From an uncultured delta proteobacterium (GTDB lineage Bacteria; Myxococcota_A; UBA9160; SMWR01): a DNA stretch of 64,000 nt. The stretch spans positions 1 to 64,000 of the forward strand of contig CAWHTE010000011.1 of the NCBI GenBank assembly GCA_963832165.1. The letters are read 5' to 3'. Below the pieces are notes generated by a model that did no database searches, was not told the origin of the DNA, and saw nothing but the letters and a program-made list of their open reading frames with translations. Shown one piece after another: positions 32,943 through 43,405 of this stretch (the first letter of the stretch is position 1; the number at the start of each line of letters is the position of its first letter). The position numbers and the translations under genes are program-made.

Positions 32943-35018
32943 GTGGAGTCCGGCAGCGAGCAGCGCGTGTCGATCGCCGCGCCGCCGCTCGCGGCGGTGG
33001 CGATGTTGCTCGTGCTCCTGTGCGCGGCCCTGTACACGAACCGCTGCGCGGGCGACTTCGTCGGCGCAGACGATTCGGAGATCGCCGCGGACGCGGGCGT
33101 GCGCTGGCACGAGCTCTCGCTCTCGAATCTCGAAGCCGCGCTCGTGCGAGAGCATCCCGTCGCGCAGCTCTCCTTCGGCCTCAACTACCGCTTCGGGCGG
33201 CTCGACGCGTACGGCTACCACGGGCTGAACATCGCGATCCACTTCGCGAACGCTCTGCTCGTGTACGCGCTCGCGCTCGCGCTGTTCCGGCGCACGAAGC
33301 TCTCCGACGAGGCGGTGCCCTGGGCCGCGTTGGCGGGCGCGGCGCTGTTCGCCGCGCATCCGCTCCAGACCGAAGCGGTGAGCTGGGCGGCGCAGCGCGG
33401 GAGCCTGCTCGCGGCGCTGTTCGGTCTCGCGGCCGTGCTCTGCTGGCTGCGCGGTCGCGCCGGCGAGGCGCGCGTGCGCGCCGCGTGGTGGAGCGCGGCC
33501 GGTGTGTGCTGGCTGCTCGCGGTTGGAGCGCGGGAGAGCGCGCTCGGGCTCCCGCTCGCGGTCTGGCTCTGCACATGGCTGTGGAGCGGCTCCGCGCGCC
33601 GGGTCCCGATCGCGCTCGCGCTCTGCGTTGCGGCGGCAGTCGTCTGGCTCGGGTCGGCGCCGGCGCTCACGCTTCACGAGAGCCTCGTGGTGTGGCCGCT
33701 GCCGGCGCGTTTGAGTCTGGTCCACGAGCTCGGTGTCTCGCGGCTCGCGCTCGGCGCCGCGCTCGCGCTCCAGGCGCTGCTGCTCGGTGCAGCGGTCGCG
33801 GGGGCGCAGCGCCATCGCGTCGTGTCGTTCGCGGTGCTCTGGTTCCTGCTCTTCCACGCGCTCGACGCGGCGCTCGTGCCCGGGCCGCTCGCGGCCGAGC
33901 ACCGCAACTATCTGGCGCTCGCGGGTCCCGCGCTCTGCGCCGGCTATGCGCTGTTCTCGGCGCTTCCGCGCCGGCTCGGGCTCGCCACCGCGCTCTGCGT
34001 GCTCGCCGTGACCGCGGAAAGTCTCGCGACCCACGCGCGGGGCGAGCTGTGGCGCAGCCCGCTCGCGCTCTGGGACGACGCGATCGCGAAGAGCCCGCGC
34101 TCGGAGCGCGCGCTCGTCGAGCGCGGAGAGCTGCTCGAACGGAAGGGGCGCGCCGACGAGGCGCTCGCCGACTTCGAGCGCGCCGTGCAGTCGGCGCCGG
34201 ACTCCGCGCATGCGCGCGCGCGTCTCGCCGCGAGCCTCGCCGGCTTCGGCCGCGAGCGCGAGGCGCTTCCGCACGCGCAGCAGGGCGTCGCGCTCGATCC
34301 CGAGAGCGCCTCCGCGTACGCACTGCTCGGCCGGATCCAGGCGTCGCTGGGCGAGCTCGAGCCGGCGGCGGTCGCCTACGAGCGCGCGCTCGCACTCGGA
34401 GGCGAGACGGGCCTCGAGCGGCGGCTCGGCGATGTGCTCGTGCGGCTGGGCCGGTTCGAGGACGCGCTTCCCCACTACCGCGCCGCCATCGAGAGCGACC
34501 CCGGCGACGACGAAGCGCGCACGGGCGCCGGCGCGGCGCTCGTCGAGCTGCACCGCGAGCGCGACGCGCTCGCCTATCTCGAGCCGGCCGTCGAGAGCCA
34601 GCCGAATCCGCACTACCTCGTGCATTTCGCCGACGCGCTCTGGCAGCTCGGCGATGCGAACGGCGCGATCGACGCCGTTACGGTCGCGGTGCGCGTCGCA
34701 CCCGAGTGGCCCGGCGCGACCAGCCGGCTCGCGTGGATGCTTTCGGTGACGCGCGACGAAAAGCGCCGCGATCCCGCGCGCGCGCTGCGCATCGCCGATA
34801 CCGCGCTCGCGCGGGCGCCGAACGCGCTCGTGCTCGACGCGCGCGCGGCTGCGCTCGCGGCCGCCGGCCGCTTCGCGGACGCGCGCGCCGACGCCGAGCG
34901 CGCGGCATCGCTCGCGGGCGACGCGGCGCTCGCGGCGCGCATTCGCGTGCACGCCGAGTCCTATGCGCGGCACGAGCTCGTGCGCGAGCCCCCACGCCCC
35001 TTCGATCCGGGCTCGTGA
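32943..35018 (+). CDS. Polytopic membrane protein with C-terminal TPRs (TMTC-like putative glycosyltransferase)
   Basis: YHGLNIAIHFAN, LFAAHPLQTEAVSW, AEHRNYL, LWDDAIAKSP, followed by TPR repeats. Confidence 0.8.
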   Translation: MESGSEQRVSIAAPPLAAVAMLLVLLCAALYTNRCAGDFVGADDSEIAADAGVRWHELSLSNLEAALVREHPVAQLSFGLNYRFGRLDAYGYHGLNIAIHFANALLVYALALALFRRTKLSDEAVPWAALAGAALFAAHPLQTEAVSWAAQRGSLLAALFGLAAVLCWLRGRAGEARVRAAWWSAAGVCWLLAVGARESALGLPLAVWLCTWLWSGSARRVPIALALCVAAAVVWLGSAPALTLHESLVVWPLPARLSLVHELGVSRLALGAALALQALLLGAAVAGAQRHRVVSFAVLWFLLFHALDAALVPGPLAAEHRNYLALAGPALCAGYALFSALPRRLGLATALCVLAVTAESLATHARGELWRSPLALWDDAIAKSPRSERALVERGELLERKGRADEALADFERAVQSAPDSAHARARLAASLAGFGREREALPHAQQGVALDPESASAYALLGRIQASLGELEPAAVAYERALALGGETGLERRLGDVLVRLGRFEDALPHYRAAIESDPGDDEARTGAGAALVELHRERDALAYLEPAVESQPNPHYLVHFADALWQLGDANGAIDAVTVAVRVAPEWPGATSRLAWMLSVTRDEKRRDPARALRIADTALARAPNALVLDARAAALAAAGRFADARADAERAASLAGDAALAARIRVHAESYARHELVREPPRPFDPGS

Positions 35019-35828
<810 letters not shown>

Positions 35829-35832
35829 GCGC

Positions 35833-36567
35833 TCAGCGTACCGCGGCGAGCTCCCGTTCGTACGCGGCCACCTCCGAGAGCCCGACTTGCTCGAGCAGCT
35901 CGGCGCGCTGCGCGCGTGCCGCTGAATCCTCGGGCGTCGCGGCGATGCGGGACGAGAGCGCGCGGATCGCGTCGTACCAGAGTCCGCTCTGAGCGTAGAC
36001 GGAAGCCTCGTTCGCTCCGCCGGCGGACAGACGCGCACCCAGTGTCTCGTCGGCGGCACGTCGTTCGATCCATGCTCCCGACGTGAAGTCGCGTGAGCGG
36101 CGTTCGGGGCTGGACACGAGCGAGACGAACCAGAGATACCGCGTACCGGTCTGGAGCTTCACTCCTAGATCCGCGAGACGCACGGCTTGGATGCCCGCCC
36201 GCGCGGGCGCCGGCAGGGCTACCTCGACGAGCGGCTCGATCGACGTCTCGTCGCGGATCGTGAACTCGATCTGCGTGGATGTGGGCTCGGCCAGATACCA
36301 GAACAAGGTGGGCTGATCCGAGGTGGTGTAGCCGAGGTGATCGGGCGCGAGGATCTGGACCCCGCTGAAGCGGCCCATGCCGCGAATCCCCGCGCCGATC
36401 CGCCGCGCCGGGAAGTCGGCCGGCGGGGCGACGTAGGTGAGGGTGGGCTTGCTCGCCGCGTTCGGCGATGGCTGCTCGCAGCCGGACCGGCTCGGCGCCA
36501 ACACCGACGATGCGATGACCAGGCCGACCGCGAACAGCAGTACGCGCGATCGATGTGTGGTGCTCAT
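35833..36567 (-). CDS. Exported DUF928-domain protein
   Basis: Signal-like N-terminus; RRIGAGIRG; LAPDHLGYTTSDQPTLFWY; YLWFVSL; YAQSGLWYDAI; LLEQVGL. Confidence 0.8.
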   Translation of the reverse strand: MSTTHRSRVLLFAVGLVIASSVLAPSRSGCEQPSPNAASKPTLTYVAPPADFPARRIGAGIRGMGRFSGVQILAPDHLGYTTSDQPTLFWYLAEPTSTQIEFTIRDETSIEPLVEVALPAPARAGIQAVRLADLGVKLQTGTRYLWFVSLVSSPERRSRDFTSGAWIERRAADETLGARLSAGGANEASVYAQSGLWYDAIRALSSRIAATPEDSAARAQRAELLEQVGLSEVAAYERELAAVR

Positions 36568-36890
36568 ATGCGCCTCACCCACCGCCCGTGGCTCGGTATA
36601 CCGCGCCTCGCTCCGACTGGCTCCTGAATACCGCCCCGCATCCGAGGCGGCGCGAGCCGGCCGCAGGCGCGCTCCTCGCCGCGGTCTCTCGCGCGGAGGG
36701 ATCCTCCTCGGTATTGGAAACAGTGGGACCACCTTCTTTTCTGTCAGGGAGGTCGTGACGCCGCGGCCTGCCTAGCGCGGCGGCCGCACGCGGAACTCCT
36801 GCGTTACTGGCGCAGCGGGTTGGAAGCGTGAGTCGCCCGGCTGGGACGCCGTCACGCGGCAGATGCCGACACCGCGTTTTGTCACAAGCC

Positions 36891-37874
36891 TCACGAGTGA
36901 AGACCTCGCTTCCGGGATGAGCGCAGCATTGCCAAGGCGACGATTCCCACGCCGAGCAGCGCCCCCGCGCCGGGCTCGGGAATGAAGGCGAGCCCGCGCG
37001 GACCATCGAGGCCGCCTCCGACGGCAAAGGAATCGATGAATGCGCCGGTGGTTCCGTCGTAGCGCAGCACCCGATCATTCTGGAAGTCGCTTAGGTACAG
37101 GTGGGCATCGGGATCGGGTCCAAATGCCAGGAAGCCGTTGGGATCTCCCGGGTGAGGATCTACCGGCAGGAGGAACGAGCCGAGTGGTGCGCCGGTCGTG
37201 CCGTCGAAACGCAGGACGTCGCCTTGGACAAACGCCAACAGATCTCCGTTCGGTGCAAAGATCACGTCACCGATATTGATGCCGGGTGCCGTCGTCGCGA
37301 AGACACCGAGATACGCGCCGCTCGTTCCGTCGAAGCGCAAGACCTGGAAGGTGTTCCAGCTGCCCACGTAGAGATTCCCGTCGCTTCCGAAGGCGAGACC
37401 GGCGGGGCCGTCCAAAGGCGATCCTGCGCCGATGGTTCCAAGCAACGTTCCAGTAGCGACATCGACGCGGAACACGTGGTCGTTGCTGAAGACGGACCCG
37501 TAGAGGTCGCCATCGGGGCCGAAGAGGATGTCGTTGATTTGGGGCGGGTAACCCGAAGTGACGACGTCGATGAAGGCCCCGGTGCTCCCGTCGAAGCGCT
37601 TGACGCTTGGGTTCGAGCCTCCGCCGCCCACGTAGAGGTTGCCGTCGGGCCCGAAAGTCAAGCCGCGGGGGGCCGCCTGAGCGGAGGCACCACTGACGAA
37701 ATTGCCGATGTACGCCCCGGTCGTTCCGTCATAGCGCTTCACCTCGTTGGTGAGATCGCTGTTGACCAGCAGATCGATCGGCGCTGCCTCCGCGGCACGG
37801 ACGACTCCGCCGACGCCGACCAGCACGGCCACCGCGACGACCCGTGACCTCCAGTTGGAATTCATTCGCGACAT
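36891..37874 (-). CDS. PEP-CTERM-sorted beta-propeller (NHL-like repeat) protein
   Basis: Signal peptide; six repeats of the type [YF]DGTTGA plus FGPDGNLY; C-terminal IPEPG + TM helix + basic tail. Confidence 0.85.
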   Translation of the reverse strand: MSRMNSNWRSRVVAVAVLVGVGGVVRAAEAAPIDLLVNSDLTNEVKRYDGTTGAYIGNFVSGASAQAAPRGLTFGPDGNLYVGGGGSNPSVKRFDGSTGAFIDVVTSGYPPQINDILFGPDGDLYGSVFSNDHVFRVDVATGTLLGTIGAGSPLDGPAGLAFGSDGNLYVGSWNTFQVLRFDGTSGAYLGVFATTAPGINIGDVIFAPNGDLLAFVQGDVLRFDGTTGAPLGSFLLPVDPHPGDPNGFLAFGPDPDAHLYLSDFQNDRVLRYDGTTGAFIDSFAVGGGLDGPRGLAFIPEPGAGALLGVGIVALAMLRSSRKRGLHS

Positions 37875-37932
37875 GGTTCCCTCCTCTGCAAGGAGGTCGT
37901 GGCTTCTCCGCGATCTGGATCAGCAGATCGCG

Positions 37933-40900
37933 CTACGGACACCCGGCAGACGCGAGCATCGGACCGGGCACCCCGGCGATCGGCGCCGCGGCCGCGACCA
38001 CGGGCGCCGGCAGCCACCCGTCGGGCTCGGCAGGAATCCCGCCCGCGCCGCGCATCGCGAACGTGCCCGCGCGTTCGCCACCGCGTGTGGCGCAGCGCTG
38101 CTGCATCTGCGACGCGGCGTCGAGGACCGAAGAGGGCAGGGGTGTAAGCGATCCCGCGAGATCGGCATCGGGGCTCGCGATCTCGACCGTGCCCGAGAGC
38201 TCCGGATTGCCGGAGGACGCGCTCACGATGCTGCCCGGGAATGCGAAGAAGTGGTCCGCGGCGATCCGGATGTGGCCGCCGGATCCCTCACCGGCCTGCG
38301 CCGTGATCCGGCTTCCGTTCTGGAGGATCACGACCTCGGGGTCGATCGCGATGTTGCCGCCGGTGCCTCCGGTCACGGAGGCGGTGATCGAGCCGTCGTC
38401 GAGGTGGACCCGGTTCTTCGCCTGAACCGTGATGTCACCTCCGTCCGCACTCACGGCGCTGGTCGCGATCGCGCCACCCACGACTCGGAGGGTGTCGCTC
38501 ACGAGCGTTACCCTTCCCGCGTCTCCGGTGGGGACTTCGGGAGGTTCCGCGAGGTAGCCGCGGAAGAAGTCGACCCACACGTCCAGCTCGCCGAAGCCCT
38601 GGGCGCTCTCCGCCGACACCGCGCCGCCGTCCGCGATCTCGATGTGCGGCGCGCGCAACGTCACGTCTCCGCCCGCTCCGTCGGCGCCGGTTCGGCTCGT
38701 GATGACGGAGTGCTCGCCTTCGACGCGGATCCGCTCGCCGGCCTCGATGTCGACGCTGCCCCCGTGCCCCGAGCCCAAGGTGCTCGCGGAGACCGCGCCC
38801 GCGCCGCGCACGATCACCTGGCCACCGGCGCTAGGAGCGATCAGTGTGACCTCGCCCGCTGCGCCCCCCCTTCCACCCTCGATCAGCGCTGCGGCTCCCG
38901 AGTTCACCGATCCACCGTCGATCAGGATGCGCGGCGCTGACAAGGTCACATGCCCCGCCGGTCCCTCGTTCGTGGTGTTCGAGCTCACTGCGCTCACGTC
39001 GCCGAAGCGCGAGTGCCCGACGACCTCGATCGACTCGCGGGCGTCGAGCGTGACCGCACCACCTTGTGCCGGCGTGAACATGGTGACGCCGGACACGACA
39101 CCGCCCGAGGCGATGCGGATGCGATCGCCCCGCAGCAGGATCGAGCCCCCGTCGCTCCCTCGGACCGTCGCCGAGGTCACCCAGGCGCCTTCTTCGACGG
39201 TAATCTCCGGGGCGTACAGCTCGATCGATCCGCCAAAGCCGCCGCGGGTTCCCGAGCCGATCCCCGTCAAGAGCACGGGCTCGTCCCGAAGGAGCGGGGT
39301 CCAGTCGAAGCGCGGGCCGTTCTCATCGGTGATCCGGATCGACTGTGATGCGTCGATCAGGACATTTCCGGCGTTTCCGGATCCGATGGCGGTCACGAAG
39401 ATTCCGGCCCCTTCCTCGCCGTCTTCGCGACCGGGACCGATCTGCACCGTGTCCGCACGGATGAGAACGTCCCCACCGTCACCCCCCGCCCCGAAGTTTG
39501 AACGAGCCACGATCTGGCCGCCGTCGCGGAGCTCGAGTGCACCCGCGTCGATCGTGATCGACCCGCGTGGGCCTGGACCGTTGTTGGCGGTGCTGATCGA
39601 GCCGTCGCGAACGGTCACCGTACCCTCGGTGCGGATAGCGATCGCGCCCGCGCCGCCCTGCGTGCCGGAATCGGCGCTGATCGTTCCGCCATCGACGCGG
39701 AGAGAGCCGGCATCGATCGCGATCGTGCCCGCGTCGCCGACGGAAGCGCGCGCACCGATGGAGGCGGAGTTCACGAGCTCGATCTCACCCAGGGCGCCGA
39801 TCGAGATCGCGCCGGCATCGCCAGTCCCCCCGGATTCGACGCCGATCGCGCCGTTCTCGACGCGCACGGAACCGGCATCGATCGCGATGCTGCCGCCCCG
39901 GCCTTCCCCGCCCGATATCGCGCTGATCGACGCGTTGTGGAGGCGGACGGAGTCCGCATCGACGGTGATCGTGCCGGCATCGCCCGATCGCCCCGACCGC
40001 GCGCTGACCGACCCAACGTCGATCGAGAGCGCGCCCGTGTCGATCGCGATCACACCGCCATCGCCGGATCCGCCGCCTCCCGCACTGATCGTGCCGTTTC
40101 TGAGCTCGAGCGAGCCGGCTTCGACTGCGATCGTGCCCGCATCGCCCAGTCGAGAATCGGCGAGGAGCAATCCCCGGTTCACGAGCTCGATCGGGCCGCC
40201 GCTCACGATTTCGATCGCTCCCGCGCTGCCCGCTGCCGAGCTGCTCACGGAGACCCGGCTGCTGTCGAAGCGCAGGGAATCGTTCGCGTCGATCTCGAGG
40301 CGCCCTGGGGTGGCGGAGTCGATGTTCTCCGCGAGCACCTGTGAGTGATCGATCACGATCTGGCCGCCGCGGATCGCGATCGTCCCTGCCGGCGCGCCGA
40401 GCGTGGTGCCGGTCAGCGCGATGTCGCCGCCGGCGAGCTCCAGTGTCTTTCCGGGCAGAACCGACAGCGCGCTGCCCGTCACATCGATGGGGGCCGCCAC
40501 AATCGTCTCGGGCAGGAAGCCGAACGCCGACGGTCGTGCTGTCGAGAGCACGCTCGAGAGCTGGAGCCTGGCGTCGAATCGGTCACCGCCCTCCTCGAAG
40601 CCGAGGTAGTCGGCGGTCGCAGCGTGGAACGAGCCCGGCACTTCGAGCCGGGCGCCCTCGCCGAATACGATGCCGCGCGGATTGAGCAGCCAGATGTCGG
40701 CGTCGGGCATCGTCGAGCGCAGCGTGCCGTCGATGTTGGACGGATCGCCTCCCGTGACGCGCGAGATCACGTTCTTGACGTGGTCGGGCCCCGTGAAGCT
40801 GGCGATCTCGCCGGTGCCGATCCCGAAGCGCGCGAAGCTGTGGAAGAGATTGTCTCCGCGCAGTGAGCCGAGGTCGTCGCTGATCAGGTAGTCGACCGTC

Positions 40901-41046
40901 TGGCCGGTCGGATCGATCCCCACGCCCACGTCGACGGCCGCACCGCCGAGCGATCCGTCGGTGGCGATCGCGTTCTGGGCTTCCGCCGGCGGCGATGCCA
41001 GGCCTACTACCCCAAACAACGCGAGCGATCGCGAGACGAGCTTCAT
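37933..41046 (-). CDS. Two-partner secretion exoprotein (TpsA, filamentous-haemagglutinin N-terminal domain)
   Basis: Signal peptide; NLFHSF, NVISRVTGG, LLNPRGIVFG TPS motifs; long GDAGTIAI-type beta-helix repeats. Confidence 0.9.
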   Translation of the reverse strand: MKLVSRSLALFGVVGLASPPAEAQNAIATDGSLGGAAVDVGVGIDPTGQTVDYLISDDLGSLRGDNLFHSFARFGIGTGEIASFTGPDHVKNVISRVTGGDPSNIDGTLRSTMPDADIWLLNPRGIVFGEGARLEVPGSFHAATADYLGFEEGGDRFDARLQLSSVLSTARPSAFGFLPETIVAAPIDVTGSALSVLPGKTLELAGGDIALTGTTLGAPAGTIAIRGGQIVIDHSQVLAENIDSATPGRLEIDANDSLRFDSSRVSVSSSAAGSAGAIEIVSGGPIELVNRGLLLADSRLGDAGTIAVEAGSLELRNGTISAGGGGSGDGGVIAIDTGALSIDVGSVSARSGRSGDAGTITVDADSVRLHNASISAISGGEGRGGSIAIDAGSVRVENGAIGVESGGTGDAGAISIGALGEIELVNSASIGARASVGDAGTIAIDAGSLRVDGGTISADSGTQGGAGAIAIRTEGTVTVRDGSISTANNGPGPRGSITIDAGALELRDGGQIVARSNFGAGGDGGDVLIRADTVQIGPGREDGEEGAGIFVTAIGSGNAGNVLIDASQSIRITDENGPRFDWTPLLRDEPVLLTGIGSGTRGGFGGSIELYAPEITVEEGAWVTSATVRGSDGGSILLRGDRIRIASGGVVSGVTMFTPAQGGAVTLDARESIEVVGHSRFGDVSAVSSNTTNEGPAGHVTLSAPRILIDGGSVNSGAAALIEGGRGGAAGEVTLIAPSAGGQVIVRGAGAVSASTLGSGHGGSVDIEAGERIRVEGEHSVITSRTGADGAGGDVTLRAPHIEIADGGAVSAESAQGFGELDVWVDFFRGYLAEPPEVPTGDAGRVTLVSDTLRVVGGAIATSAVSADGGDITVQAKNRVHLDDGSITASVTGGTGGNIAIDPEVVILQNGSRITAQAGEGSGGHIRIAADHFFAFPGSIVSASSGNPELSGTVEIASPDADLAGSLTPLPSSVLDAASQMQQRCATRGGERAGTFAMRGAGGIPAEPDGWLPAPVVAAAAPIAGVPGPMLASAGCP

Positions 41047-41162
41047 CCACGAATCCTGGTGGCGCCATTCTAAACCGGGTCGGTTGCAAAGAGATCCCTT
41101 GAAAAGGTCGTTAAATCTCGACGATTCGGATCACGCGCCTGACTCCGCATCATCCGTAATTC

Positions 41163-41192
41163 TTGACCGGCCGGATTTCGCGGCCTTAGCAT
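41163..41192 (+). promoter_or_regulatory. Possible sigma70 promoter of the CHAT gene
   Basis: TTGACC-N18-TAGCAT; favours the ATG at 41209 as the start. Confidence 0.4.
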
Positions 41193-41208
41193 GCTCGGGG
41201 GTTGCTCG

Positions 41209-43362
41209 ATGCATCGAATTGGCCCGCTCGCGGCCGCCTTCTGCCTGCTCGCCGGGATGAATGCCGCTGGCGCGGACGGCGAGCCCACACGAGAGGTGTC
41301 GCCGCTGATCCGCGAGGCCGAAGCCCTGCAGGCGCTCGGCCGCTATGCGGATTCACTCGACAAGCTCGCGGAGGCCGACGCGGCCGCAGGCGCGAAGGCC
41401 GACCCCGCTCAGCGAGCCGCGATCGAAGGCGCGATCGGCAACGCCTACATCGCACTGGGCCCACCTGCGGCGGCGCGCGAGCACCTGACGAAGGCGCTCG
41501 ATCTGGCGCGCCGCGCCGCGGCCGAGCCGCTTGCCGCGGCGCTGCTCGTCAACCTCGGAAACCTCGACGCGTCGCAGGGGTCGTACGCCGAAGCGGCGCG
41601 CGGCTACACCGAAGCCGCAGCGCTGGCCGAGAAGTCGGGCGACCGCGCCCTCGCCGCGCGCGCCCATGCGAACCGAGCGCAGGCCGCGCAGCGCGGCGGA
41701 GCGCGGGACGGCGAGGTGCGCACGGCGCTCTCCCGCGCGACCGAGCTCGCAGACAACCTGCCCGAGTCGTCGGCGAAGGCCGATGTGTTGATCAACGCCG
41801 GCCGGACCTACGCCCGGCTCGGCGACCTGGAGCCGGCGCATGCAACGCTGCGTCGTGCGCAGAGTGCCGCTGAGGCGATCGACGACACGCGCACGCAATC
41901 GTACGCACTCGGATACCTCGGGGCCCTCTACTACGACCAGGGCAGGCTCGAGGAAGCGCTCGATCTCTCCCGCCGCGCGCTCTTCCTCGCGCAGCGCGCG
42001 AATGCACCCGAGTCGCTCTATCGCTGGCACTGGCAGGTGGGCCGGATCCTCGCCCGTCAACGCAAGCCCGCAGAGGCGATCGCGTCCTATCAGCAGGCGC
42101 TGACGGTGCTATCGACGATCCGCTTCGACATGGCACACGGCTACGCGACCGGCGGCGCGTCGTTCCGCGAGACGGTCGGGCCGGTCTTCTTCGAGCTCGT
42201 GGACCTGCTGCTCGCGACGGCACCGAGCAGCGAGAAGACCGACGCCTATCAGGCGCGTCTGCACGAGGTGCGCGACACGCTCGAGCGGCTCAAGGCCGCG
42301 GAGCTGCGCGACTACTTCGGCGACGAGTGCGTCGACGCGCTCCAGGCGAAGGTCGAGAGCCTCGATCGGGTCGCGCGCGCCGAGGTCGTGATCTACCCGG
42401 TCGTACTGCCGGACCGGCTCGAGCTCCTGCTCACGTTCCCGAACGGCATACGGCGCGCGACCGTGCCGGTCGGCGCCGAGACGCTCTCGGCGGAAGTGCG
42501 GACGCTGCGCCGCCTCCTCGAGAAGCGCACAACGCTGCAATTCCTTCCGCACGCCCAGAAGGTCTACGACTGGCTCGTGCGTCCCTTCGCATCCGATCTC
42601 GAGAGCGTTTCCACCAGCACGCTCGTCTTCGTTCCGGACGGTCCGCTTCGCACGATCCCGATCGGCGCGCTGCACGACGGGAAGCGCTTCCTGATCGAGA
42701 CATACGCCGTTGCCACGTCGCCGGGGCTCAGCCTCACCGATCCACGACCGCTCGAACGGCACGAGCTGAGCGCGCTCCTGATAGGCCTGAGTCGATCGGT
42801 GCAGGGTTTCCCGCCGCTCGCGCACGTGCCCGATGAGCTCGACTCGATTCGCGCGCTCTACGGCGGCGAGGTACTGCTGAATCAGCAGTTCCTGATCCCG
42901 CGTGTCGAGGCGGAGCTCAGCGGGCGTGAGTTCAGCGTGGTCCACGTGGCCACGCACGGCGAATTTTCGGAGGACGCCGAGCGCTCGTTCCTGCTCGCCT
43001 GGGACGGCCGGATCAGCATGGATCGCCTGGGCGAGGTGATCGGAGCGGGCCGCTTTCGCGATCGGCCGATCGAGCTGCTCACGCTATCGGCCTGCGAGAC
43101 GGCGGAGGGCAGCGAGCGCGCCGCGCTCGGCCTGGCGGGTGTGACGGTCCGCGCCGGCGCGCGCAGCGCGGTCGGGACGCTCTGGAGCGTGAACGACGCC
43201 GCGGCAGCCGACCTGATCGGCGAGTTCTATGGGCAGCTGCATTCGAGCCCGGTCTCGAAGGCGGTGGCGCTGCAGCGTGCGCAGCAGAAGGTATTGCGCG
43301 ACGTGAACCACGCGCATCCGTACTACTGGGCGCCGTTCTTGTTGATCGGGAACTGGTTGTGA
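41209..43362 (+). CDS. TPR-CHAT (caspase-like, clan CD) protease with signal peptide
   Basis: MHRIGPLAAAFCLLAGMNAAGA; TPR array; FVPDGPL; catalytic HVATHG and LSACETA; TLWSVND; HPYYWAPF. Confidence 0.92.
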   Translation: MHRIGPLAAAFCLLAGMNAAGADGEPTREVSPLIREAEALQALGRYADSLDKLAEADAAAGAKADPAQRAAIEGAIGNAYIALGPPAAAREHLTKALDLARRAAAEPLAAALLVNLGNLDASQGSYAEAARGYTEAAALAEKSGDRALAARAHANRAQAAQRGGARDGEVRTALSRATELADNLPESSAKADVLINAGRTYARLGDLEPAHATLRRAQSAAEAIDDTRTQSYALGYLGALYYDQGRLEEALDLSRRALFLAQRANAPESLYRWHWQVGRILARQRKPAEAIASYQQALTVLSTIRFDMAHGYATGGASFRETVGPVFFELVDLLLATAPSSEKTDAYQARLHEVRDTLERLKAAELRDYFGDECVDALQAKVESLDRVARAEVVIYPVVLPDRLELLLTFPNGIRRATVPVGAETLSAEVRTLRRLLEKRTTLQFLPHAQKVYDWLVRPFASDLESVSTSTLVFVPDGPLRTIPIGALHDGKRFLIETYAVATSPGLSLTDPRPLERHELSALLIGLSRSVQGFPPLAHVPDELDSIRALYGGEVLLNQQFLIPRVEAELSGREFSVVHVATHGEFSEDAERSFLLAWDGRISMDRLGEVIGAGRFRDRPIELLTLSACETAEGSERAALGLAGVTVRAGARSAVGTLWSVNDAAAADLIGEFYGQLHSSPVSKAVALQRAQQKVLRDVNHAHPYYWAPFLLIGNWL

Positions 43363-43371
43363 AGCTGCAAT

Positions 43372-43404
43372 GGCGGGATGCGCTTCGCTTTCCCGCCCTA
43401 CGAG
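43372..43404 (-). repeat. GTAG-type REP, family 1, copy 2
   Basis: GGCGGGATGCGCTTCGCTTTCCCGCCCTACGAG between convergent genes; near identical to 47970-48002. Confidence 0.8.
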
Positions 43405-43405
43405 A

